From Tubiluchus corallicola (taxonomy: Eukaryota; Animalia; Priapulida): a stretch of DNA of 64,000 bases. Positions 1 to 11,765 of the stretch are shown one piece after another. The notes under the pieces were generated by a model. That model saw only the letters and a program-made list of their open reading frames with translations, was not told the DNA's origin and ran no database searches. The stretch spans positions 124,001-188,000 of the forward strand of contig JAQGDQ010000174.1 of NCBI GenBank assembly GCA_030141605.1, written 5' to 3'. A program made the translations under genes and the position numbers. The first letter of the stretch is position 1. Every line of letters starts with the position of its first letter.

Positions 1-3000
1 CGGTAGTTTGTTAATACAAGACACTGCTTCGCCAGCCAGCAGTACAGGCGAAAGTGAGAACAGAGAATAGTAGTCAAACTTGTTCAAAAATGCATAATAA
101 GGTTGGAAGTTACGTAATATGATTCCTGGTGTGGCTAAACATTGCCAAAGTGTGACTTTTAGTTTTGTCCTCTAACAAAACTCGTTAAGTGATGTCCTTT
201 ACTAATTTTTCCAAACTCGCGTAAGCAATGAACGTGTAACTAGCGTTTAATAAATATCGTACGATATACTCAGTGACGTTACAACAAAAAATCGCTGTGA
301 AACAAAGAAGTTCGCAGATTTTTTACTAGTTAACAATCATAAGTGCCCACATTAGCACAAAAACTCTGCGATTTTAGCTGCACAGTATAATAAAATATAT
401 CTAATAAAACTGACAACTGGCACAAACATTGAAAATTTAAATATGTTTTCGTACATAGCGGTAGATTTATTAATTTATATTATTATACTTTCATGCGACC
501 ATTGCTTTTTTAGCCTGTTGAACCTAATAAAATTTGACAGGTGTATATGTATACAAACACAACAAGTAAATAAACACAGCAAAAAATAAGGAAAACTGAG
601 CGAATATTACTACATTAGTTCGTCATATAGGTACTGTTAGGTGATACTCTGTTCATAATGTATTAAATTATATGTACTGCATGCATGAAGAGTAGAATAG
701 AGATTTGTAGAGAAAATTCTTTCTAGAATAGCATTTACAATCACCAGCAATGTTATGTCATTTCATTAGGGTTACAGTGAAGAGTATGACTTAACTAATA
801 ACTGCATGTATGATTGATTTTTATGACACAAAAAATTCGTATTCAAGTTCGATAAGGCTTTCAACCCAATCAGGTATAAAATACATGCCAAACAACAAGC
901 GTTTAACAAAAAAGCACACAAAAGAAATTAACGTGTAAAAAGATAATGATCATCAATTTTATTTCAGAAGACATGCATAACAATTTACATAATTATCTTG
1001 TTTCTGTTAGCGACAGTTTTTGTCCAGCGAAAGTGTTAACCACTTTTTGTCCAGTGAACCTGCCCTACACGTGTCATTACATGTGTCAATACATGGTTTT
1101 AACTCACAAAAATTCTGAAAACAAAACTGTTTCTGTGATTATCACACATGCAGTCATTGATCCGCTTAATGCTTTTAGAAGGTATGTCTAATCAACACAT
1201 AAAACATTAATGCCATAATGATATACATTTTATTTCAATTTAAACTGATTCCAAGTTCGAAGAAAACAAAACAGTTTATAGAACTAATAACTGCACCAGC
1301 ATGGACGAATAAGTACATAATGCATGTTGAGAAAAGGCCTGTTCATTTAATGCACAGTTTAGTATTTAACGCGTAGATTTGTATTCCGTGAGAGTAGTGG
1401 CTAGCGTTATCACTTGGCTTCGTGAGTAGAATTTCGTTTACCAAGAACTATTACCTCCGCTCCAATGGCTTCATCAGTGGTTTCATCCTGTCAGCTAACG
1501 TGCTAACAACGAAGCAACTTGAAAGCAGCTAAATCAGATCGCGGAAGCCTGTCATTTGTGAATAATGTACAGGATTATGTGATAATTAGAATTTATCGCG
1601 TAGTCACATTTTAAAATTGGTTAAACTGGAAATTAAGTTAACCCAAAAGTCAGTTGGTAAGTGATCGCATCGCCCACGAATTTTGCGTATTTACTAACAA
1701 TAGATTGGACCATATATTGCTTATTGTGCAGTTTTTGTCTGCTGTGACCTTCATATTGTCCTTAAACTCGCTTTGCCACAATCTCTCATGTATTACTCCC
1801 TATAGTCGCTGCGACAGGGGAGTAGATTGGACACTGCTGTCAACTTTCTGTTTTAATAGGTACCCTACGCCAAATTCACGTATAATAAATAGCTAGGTTC
1901 ACGTGTGCACCAAGTACTATGGAAATTTTAGTGACGTAATAAACCTTTATAAATGCCATCACAAAATCGTTGCAAAATCTGTAGCACTAAGCGTTAAAGC
2001 TAGTTATGCTACTAGTTCTTAGTCGTAATTGATATTCCTGTAATTTTCATCCAAGGGCGGATCTAGGAGCACCAATACGCTGATTTTTCATCATTTTTTC
2101 TTTGATTATGTTATGCATCCAGTTTTCAACGCTTTAATTCATGCTAAGTTTGAAACGCAGAAGGTTAGAGTAGTAAATTTCCTCCAAAGGGGTCTTAAAA
2201 AGGGGTGACTTCATTCAATGACACGGACATCAGTCAGTCTTTCAATTGCCGTTCAACTCTTTGAGTTAAATTCGATTTTCGTAAGTATTTGGATAATGTG
2301 TGTGGGGTCGATTTGCACCTAGGTTTTTAAAAAGCTGGAATTCTTTAAGGTCCTTAAAATGACAGGGTGAACAGTGACCTCAGTCAAAGGGTCAAGGACA
2401 CTACATATCAGTCAGTTTTTTATTGTTGTTTAATTCCTCCTGGGCCTTCGAGTTAAATTCACTTTCTTCATAAGTTATTTAAACACTATTGTGAGATAAT
2501 AATCTACAACAACTCTCGACCAGGTATAGTCATGTATACACATGGTCTCGGTGTTACACTGGAGGGTCTGGATCTGAATTCATTCGATCGTATTTAGCCT
2601 AAATCTTCTATTCTCCATCTATTCTCTCAAGTTTCAATTCCGTCTAGATACCTTGAAGAAGACCTACGGCGCTTTGTCGAATGTGACTCATATCTCGAAT
2701 ATTGACTAAATCTGTTTATATTAACCATGATCAAACAACATGGCAAATCTTTTTTTATTAAAACATTTTTAATAAAATTTGGCTTATTTGAAATTTAATA
2801 CAAAGGCAATTGTGTTTATGTTATGATTTAACTGATAATAAAAAACAGTAACGTTACAGGAATTAATTCCAACGCGTTACATAATACATGAAAAAGCAAA
2901 CTGATCGTCAATAGATGGCACCACGGTAGATAAAATTTTATATGACACATGCATCATCTATCAGCAAAAACACAATAAAAATGCACACGTATTGTCTTTT

Positions 3001-5045
3001 AAATATGCCATTTTGATAATTCATGCTTCCTTGTAGCAAATGTAGCTAGGCCTTCAGAAGGTTCTGCTCTAGTATTAACTTAGTATTAGTAGAAAAATGA
3101 CATGGAAAGTATGTTGGAAACAAAAACCAAATTAGAGAAATGATACAAAATTTCAATATCAACTTTGTGCTGACTCAGCTCAGCTCTTCTCAACAAACAG
3201 CTATTATAGGGCCAAGCCAGGAATGAGTCAAGGAGTTTTACAGCTGCACTTCTGTTGAGTCACAACAGCATTTTATTTGCCCGCCAATACGACAGACCAC
3301 CGCATGGCTTGCGACGAAGATATAAAATTCAATCACGGCCTTGTATAAAAGTGGTTAATGTGATCACGCATCGAGCTGTCGACAATAACTAAAGTCTGTG
3401 ATGGCTTTTCAGGCACCCCATTAGAGAGTGCTATACGCTCTTACCGTCAGCGTGAGAGAGCGGCTGCGTTGTAATAATGTGAGTCCGATCATCGTAAACA
3501 AGGTCCATCTTGAACCTGAACACCTAGTTCCGAGTAACAAAATTTCACCAAATTTGTATCTTATTGTTATTATCCTGAGCCTCATGGTAAAAAGCTTTCC
3601 TTAAAAAAGACCATTAAATAAATGCTTTATTATTTCAATGCTACTAAGTCACAAATAAATTTACTTTGTGGCATTTATATCTCATATTGAACGTTTGACT
3701 GTACGGTCTTGTGATCTTCATAATGACAGTTCATCGAAACGAATATGGCTAGAGAGATTAATTCTTCTGGATATACGTGAATCAGTGCAAATTAATGATA
3801 AAAACCTCGGTCAATTTATTTTAAAAAGTTTTTTATCAACTGAAACACATTTGTAACTTCTTCCTTTGTCGAGCCTCTCTATACTTTCGTTCCAAACTGT
3901 GAAATTGTAGTTTTGAATCTAAGAGTAATTAGATTTTTCATATGGTGTTATTTCTTTATATTAATTGACTTTAATTTCAGTTGCTTTATGAATTCATGCA
4001 GCGAAATTTAAGTCTGCAAATATTTATTTTACGAGCTTCAACTTGATCTTTTGTTTTTGCTAACAAAAAGCAAAAACGTGGAGTTCACGCTTACAATCAC
4101 AACATTAATACCTTTGACAATGTGATCGAAGCGGTGCACAGTTAACTTTAACAGTAAGTTATAGAAAAATATTGTAACATTTATTTAAGGTTTAGCATCC
4201 ATTGATTTCCGACTAGCTACAATACCATGACATCATTTTTCCACCAATGACATCATTCGTCGACTGAATGAAAGCTGCGCACTATCAATTTGTGTCAAAG
4301 GTGCAAGAATTTGTTACAAAAAATAAACAGCTAATTTTATGATATTTTTGCAGAATAATTGGGTAAGCTGCAGACATTTAAATTAGTTTAAACTGCGCGC
4401 ACTTGCGGAAAACTAGGATGCGCTTACTAAAAGTCACGAAGTCCTCCAGTTACGTCATAATTTTGAAGTGAATGGCGGCTACTATCGCATCTGCAAAATT
4501 TCTGCTGAGCGTTAGTGTAAATTAATCTTTATGTTTTGCAGACAGTTTTTATGCATATTTCTTTGTTATGTTTTTAAGTATAAGTGACATTAGTAAAATA
4601 AACCCAACATGCTAAATGACTTGTCCTTTAATTTAAGTTTCTGCACAGTGAGGTACTACAGCGATAATTCAGTTTATTTCAATCTAGATTCTGAAATAGG
4701 GCTAAAGAAAAATGAAAGTTTCAAAATCATAACGTAACGTGTGAGCAGCTAATTGGTTAACAAATTGGTTACTGTGTGCCTGTGTTGTATTCTTCAGAAC
4801 ACACAGAATGTCTCCTTTTTATATACAGTTAGTTTATAGTTTAGCCGATAGTAATTACTGTAAGTGCCTTGCAGATGTACAAACGCCCGAACACTTAGTA
4901 TTTGACTACCTTTTGATTTCGTACAACGCTATATCTTCCGTGCAAAATGCTTTACTTTCACTAAATTTAGAAATCCTGTATATTTTTCGCTATGTATCTG
5001 CATGTGCAGCATTCATTGATACTGTAGTCAATATCAGCCATTTTA

Positions 5046-5048
<3 letters not shown>

Positions 5049-5108
<60 letters not shown>
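5049..5108. repeat. (TA)n microsatellite
   Basis: Direct reading. Confidence 0.97.
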
Positions 5109-5111
<3 letters not shown>

Positions 5112-7439
5112 TTTTTGTATGTATTAGTGCATTGTTACCCTGCAAATGGAGGCTTTTGTATCATTTTATTTTGAAAATAAACGATATTTAATAAATAAAT
5201 AAATGTGTTGTGTTAATATACTTTTTTATGCACGAATAAATAATAAATAAAAAACATTACAATTGTATTATATAAGTTTTCTGAAAGCTGATGTCGTACA
5301 TTGCATGAATGAGATGTTTGGCTTTAATCCAAAAGCAGCAAAGAAAGATAATGGTAATCTTCACGCCTGCGTTCCTACACATCACATAGAAGTCGATGTC
5401 TTATCTACGGCTAATGTAAATAACAACACATTTCACAGAGCGTCGAAACGTATTGATTTTATTTATCGTGAAAACTTGGATACTTTAGATGCTGAGTAAA
5501 AAAGCTAGTCCCGAGATTCCTCAGGCGCTATGGAACACAAAAACCAATTGCTGACTCCTTGGAGAAATTTTAAGAATGCATGTAGAAGGAAACTTTATAA
5601 CGTGTTAAACTTTCTGTTAATTTCTGAATACAAGTGTTTCAACAGCCAATTAAAGATTAAACAAACTTAAGTCAAATACCCGAGTAAAATAAACCCACTT
5701 GAGTGCACGCCCATTTATAAATATTTATGTATACTAAAGTTTGTTTTTAAAACCCTAACTTTGCTTAACCACTGGACAAACTCTGAACCTATAACAGATT
5801 CAGACATAACACGTACATAGCACATTTCTGCATACCTACATAGTTTTATATATATCCGCGTACTAACGACAAACTCCCGAGTCCTAAGTTCTTGTTGTTG
5901 CGGAAAAACGCTGGTGGCGCTGCAACGTAGTGGAGCAAATCTATAAATAATTAAATATTGATCATGTTTGTTGATATCACTTAAATTATCTGTTTTTTTA
6001 ATGTTTAAATTCCAAGACTGATCAGTAGGCCATCTTTTACACTTAATTTCAGCGGGCACGGGTCACCTAATACGTTCCCCATCCAGTTTCCAATTTGTCA
6101 TACATTTAGGGTAAACGTATCTGGCAAACGTATTAAAATAGTCGTGGTTGTCAATTACGAGATCCATGGTTCATAAGCTGTAATATAAAATTAAAACTTG
6201 TTGGTATCTCTTATCTTGGATCTAAGCCATTTTGAGGGCACATTTAGGGGTACCTTAGAGACTACATATACCAGTGGCACCCCCGTTGACGTCCATACCC
6301 AAATATCACACATCATGTCCTAACTTCTTCTTATATGACAAAAATAATAATATTGGTATCTGCCTCGATCAATGCGAAGGGTCCTAGACCTCTACTTGCT
6401 ATTTAGTAGCTTCAGACAAACAATGGGGAATCAGAGCAGGTTTGATAGATTTATTGCACTAACATTTTATATAAAATTTTTCTTAAGTAAAATAATTGTT
6501 ACAGCGTGAGCCACGGACAATGAAAGCAAGGACGTGTTAAACGCAGATTGTAAATTCGTGGTTGGTTTGTGGATTAAAGGCATCATAAAACCGTGGCTAT
6601 TATCAGCAGTAGGTCTACTATTTCTTTGTACTGAATCACTCCTAAAGTGTTTTATTAAGTAGTGAAATCGCACAAAAGCCTTAAGCCCATCCAACTTAAG
6701 ATTCTCACTCGACCACACCATTCGAAAACACAACTGCAAGTTTTAGAGCACGTATTACACGACCTATTCAATCACCTGCTTGAAACTCACCTACGCCGCG
6801 CATGTTAATAGTTTGCTGTTTATCAAAAGCACGCACTTCAGGAAAGTCTAAGTTTTGTAAGTAAGCTAAGAACTCTGATTCTGTGTTGGAAAGAGACTTC
6901 TCATAGAGAGGTCAGGCATCTCTGCTGCCTGGACAATACTCTACTGGCGCCAGACGCACACACTTAATCTTCCACATAAGCTGCAACTATATATATTTCT
7001 CTTTTCTGGGCAATTTCTCTTTATTATATCCGACAGATTTGTGTGCGAAAAAGAATCCAGAAACATTACGAAATTATTTGGCTACTGTAAAATTGGTTTA
7101 GGGAAGAACAGATGTATTATCGGCCTATTCCAAACCGTGTGTGGTGCAGACTATGCGAGCGCCAGGTTATACGAAATGTTATTTGCCCACTTGAGACTTG
7201 ACAAATTTGTCTAACAGATTTGTATTCATTAATTGTTTGCACAGTTTTCGAATTCTTTGGCTTTTCTACACCAAACTTACTCATAAACAGAAGATTAAAA
7301 ATGTTTTACTGAATCTGGCGCCACACCTAAGCGCATGCGCAAAGCCGCATTGATAAATTTGTTGAGATACATACGTAATCTTTATAAGTTAGAAGCAAAA
7401 ATAAAAAACTGATCGTAATCTATTCAGTAAAGAAGAAAT

Positions 7440-8110
7440 CCATAATGACAACAAACCTGATGGACAAAGCAAACTGCGAATGTATCGAACTTTCAAAAAA
7501 CAATATAAACTAGAAAACTACTTACTTTCTAGTTATTCCAAATATGCTATAACAAAATTTACGGAACTGAGAATCATCTCTCATACTTCGTGTATTGAGA
7601 AAGGGAGGTACCAAGAAAAATCCCGGCTGAGAATCGCATACGCACATATTGTTCAAGAAACGAAATTGAAGACGAATTAAACTTTGTTGTAAAATGGCCA
7701 TATTATAATGATCTTAGAGGAAAATTATATAATTATACCAGAGTTTTTCCTTATGAGCGATGCTGATAAATTTTTATTCCTGATGGGAAGTAATGATTGA
7801 GAAGTAATTAAGGCATTTATTAATTATGTTAAAAATGCGTTTTAAGACATGATGAACAATATACTTTGTAATGACCATATCATTGAAAATGTGGCCAGAT
7901 GAATGACTTCTATTTTAAATACTAATCATTAAGCTTTTCATTTAAATAATTAAAATAACTAACAGGAAGATTTTATAATATTTGTTTTATCAGTAATTGT
8001 TTTGTTTGACTGCAGTGTCACTATATTTCAAAATTGAAATTGTACGTGTGTCTTGTATTTTCTTGTATTGTATACATTTTTGGCACTAATAAATATGATA
8101 TGATGATATA
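7440..8110 (+). mobile_element. Decayed 3' end of a non-LTR retrotransposon (LINE ORF2 C-terminus)
   Basis: Broken-frame translation KLRMYRTFK..YKLENYL...LRIISH..CIEKGRY...RI..YC...EIEDE.NFVVK.PYYNDLR matches the zinc-knuckle-like C-terminal region of invertebrate LINEs, followed by AATAAA and a TGATA-like tail. Confidence 0.75.
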
Positions 8111-9810
8111 AATGACTCCGTTTTCAAGTAAAAATGCTCCAAATTAATTATTGTAGTTGTATTTCACTATTCTGTATTTTCGTTACTTCATTTGAGGACA
8201 CTCACAGAATTATTAGTCGAAGTTTCCATCCACACATGGAAAAAAATAGAGGATTTCGCACAGCATTGTACCTTCTACATATAAATATTTGGTAGATAAA
8301 TCAACACTTTTCCTAAATTGATTTATTGATGCAGTAAGCGCTGGCTTTTTAACTGCTATTGTATTTTTAATTTCCTTACATACTTTTATTATATTTTTTT
8401 GCAAATTTTCGTAGCTTTTAATAGCACATGACATGTAATATGTCTTAGTTTTCGGGTAAATTTTTAACTTTTATATGACATTTCCATGTGCTAAAATAAA
8501 GTTTAAATAAAAATTTAAAAAGTAAATTTGATACGTTACTTATTTTAAGTTTACAACGGAATAATTTCTATCCTTAAACAGTTTTGATTTCAGATTTCTA
8601 AATGTCTAAATTTTATTTTTATTTGCATGCTGTTGACTTTTTTGTCTTTCTTATAATATGATTTTAAACGAACAGCAGATAAGTACTCACAAGATAAGAA
8701 TGTCACGTTATGCATATTTTCATGTTTAGCGTTTATGATCAGTTGACTGGCTACAAAATAAGCACAACCATTGATTTTCTGGACATTTCTAACATTATGA
8801 TAACTCCAGATGTAAGTTTTCACTCATGCACGTCCGTGACGTTAGAAAGTAATTATGAGAAATACGATTTACAGTATAGTATTTTTTGAAAAGTTTATAG
8901 GTTCTTAATTTATAGATCTCGTGTGTGAGAATAACTTTTTGGCAATAGCTTTACTCTTGTGGCTCTTATAAATTACTTTTTACGCTTATTGCATTAGGAA
9001 ACAGACTTTAGAAAATGATTTTTCTAAATGAACTGTTAGTGAAACTAAAAGCTGAGGTTGCCGTTCATTGAAATTTTCTCGTTTAACTTTTGATGGTACC
9101 ATTTCTCTTCTTTGGCGACATCTATCGCGAATTTTGCGAAGGTAACACTGCAAAGTAACTCTTAGGAAAGCTCTTAAAGTCTATTAAGGTTTTCAAATTC
9201 TTAATATAGCAATAATAATACCAATTTGTCGAATATGCTACAGTAAACAACGAATTGTTGCTTGTGTATAGTTGAACCGTTATTTTTTTGAACAACAAAT
9301 AATGAAAAAATCTACTATGCTTATGGTTAGTTTGTCGTAACCCTGTACGTTATGACAACATTTAGAAGTACTCGTGAAATATGTTTTCCGTATTTTTCTG
9401 CATGTTTATCTTTTAATTAGTAATTCAATGTTGTACTGTAACGGAATTGCGGGAAAGTTTACCGTTCATGTTTGTCGTTTAGGTAACATTAAATTTTTTA
9501 ACACAGTAATACTAAACTGCTTTTGTGTGCCATCTGTTGTCAACTTTGAGAAGTCTATACCAAACTATACGGTTAGTTCGACTGACGCCCGCCTGAAAGC
9601 CTGCAGCTTTTCTGCTTGTTTGTTTTTTTTGTCGAAAAATCTTGCGTTGTCCCGCCATACATTATATCGAAACAACATGTGCGTCATTGCCAGTGACGAA
9701 AATACTTGTACAAGTTTTGTTAAGATAGGTAGGTAAGCAGGCAGGCAGGTAGGTAGCTAGGCAGGTGGCAGTTAGGTAGGTAAGCTGGATGATTGAACAT
9801 AGAAAAGTAA

Positions 9811-9925
<115 letters not shown>

Positions 9926-10363
9926 AAGAGACAGAGAGAGAAAGAGAAAGGGGGTAGACGTCGTTCGTTCCAGCATCAGTGCCTAAATTTAGCAAGCGTG
10001 AATACCTAAACATTAAAATAAAAGGTAATAAATGGGTCATCGAAGTAGCAACATTAGTTTGAACAACGTGGTTATTTTTGTCACAGTTGTTGAGGAATTT
10101 ATGCCCCCTCAGAGTAAGAGTGAAAACAATGACACTGAGCGAGTTCATCATAACAAAAATTCTTCAGATTAAAATGCTTGAGAAAATACTAAAGAGCGCA
10201 AAATCCTGCAAGCCGTAACATATGCATGCCCTAATTTAAATACTAATTGTTTTTGAGTCATTGTAGATCATCTATGCTTAGTTACAATTTCAGACAGTCT
10301 GCATAACGGAGATTATAGTCTGTTATGTTGTGAACCAGTGCACCTAACTTGTAACTGTGTTAC

Positions 10364-10750
10364 TTAAAGAAAACCGTACCCAATCTTAAACTCTAGGTCA
10401 AAACAATTTACTCTTTAAAATATTGAACGTGAACATACTATTTTTTAAAGAATGACTTACGTGAAAGAATTATTACCATGCAAAATTAATTTCCATTCTC
10501 GCGGCTAGTTCTTCGCTGTTACATGCATTTCGCCATTCGTTAGTTAGACGGACACTAGCGCCTGCATTTCGGAAACAGTTTTCACAAAAACAGAGGCTGT
10601 ATCTCTCACTTTAGAGGTGTTCGTTTCTGATGTAGTACACACGTTCGAGAACGCATGCGTGGCACAGCGATAAATTTGAAATTTGAATTTTTATCTTAAA
10701 ATTTGCCGACGTTTCTATATCACATTGAATCTTGTTAACAATCCCATATT
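10364..10750 (+). mobile_element. TTAA-target non-autonomous DNA transposon (Kolobok-like), partial copy
   Basis: TTAA-AGAAAACC start; homologous to 27154-27718 (reverse), 55936-56370 and 61880-62617. Confidence 0.7.
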
Positions 10751-11570
10751 ATTCAAACTGAAATGCATTGAAAGAAGCTTAAGTGCAGGTCTAATAGAAT
10801 AGTGTAGCTTAATACTTTGTTATCACACAAAATGTACAAGACAAACTAAAATTTATCAATTGCAAGTATAGCACGTAAAATAAAAGTATTGAAACCGAGC
10901 TTATAGCAATTTTAATATATATAATATTTAATATTTATAATACACTTAGTTCCACCTATATGTACTTTACATTTATTAATTAAAAGATAAAAATAGTTTT
11001 TGGTGACCAAAGTAAAAACAAATTAATTACAAATATTTATACCTAAAATTAAAATGATCTGTATCGTCTAATTTACGCAAAAGTAACTTAAACACTAAAC
11101 ACAAATCACTTTTAATAAACAGCAAGTAAACATTCTTCATTTCAACTTGAAATGTTGTAGATTTCTAGCTCTGAATATAATAATTATTCCATTCGATAGC
11201 ACTAACATATTTAATAAAACGTCTATTGTACATTAATTTTACATTAAAGAACATTGTAGTCATTTGTCTGTCTAGTTTTAGTCTGTGACATGAAAAACTA
11301 AAAATTGCTATTGGTGTCGTCTTCGACATACAAAAATACTTGACCGTAGCTAGATACTAAATAACGTTTCTAAAAAAACATCATAAGAAAATCTTGGTTG
11401 TGTAGGCAGACATTTTTCCACGCAATTGTTGTCAAGACTTTTAATTCGAAAAGAAAATTTCACACCTCAAAAGTTTCTTGTGGCATTCAAAGGAAACTTC
11501 AACCATCGTATGTAGAATACTGCATTTGTGTTTATATGCCACTGATTACCGATGCATATAGTTTATTTAT

Positions 11571-11627
11571 CTAAATTAACAGGTCAGATTATTCTACTAA
11601 ATTAACAGGTCATAACTGTCCTATAAA
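11571..11627 (+). promoter_or_regulatory. Putative core promoter of paralog A: two CTAAATTAACAGGTCA motifs plus TATAAA
   Basis: Motif copies at 11571-11586 and 11597-11612, TATAAA at 11622-11627, about 140 bp before the ATG. The same arrangement occurs before paralog B. Confidence 0.6.
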
Positions 11628-11765
11628 TTACTTGTTACATCACATCTTCTGGCTTATTGTTCCTACTGATTTTATTGCGTAAGCATATAGGCCTACCATG
11701 TGAAAGTAACATAAGTTTCTTTAGAACAAAAGCCAAACTCATTTGGTAGATAATTGAGTTTCGCA

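Noticed and set aside
1425-1480. Minus-strand CTGATGA...GAAA as a hammerhead
   Set aside because: No convincing stem II or stem III pairing
1-7400. Short ORFs and a local duplication (about 2200-2290 versus 2395-2475) in the first 7 kb
   Set aside because: No recognisable protein motifs or consistent exon chain; probably intergenic DNA with decayed repeats. A small exon of a neighbouring gene cannot be excluded.
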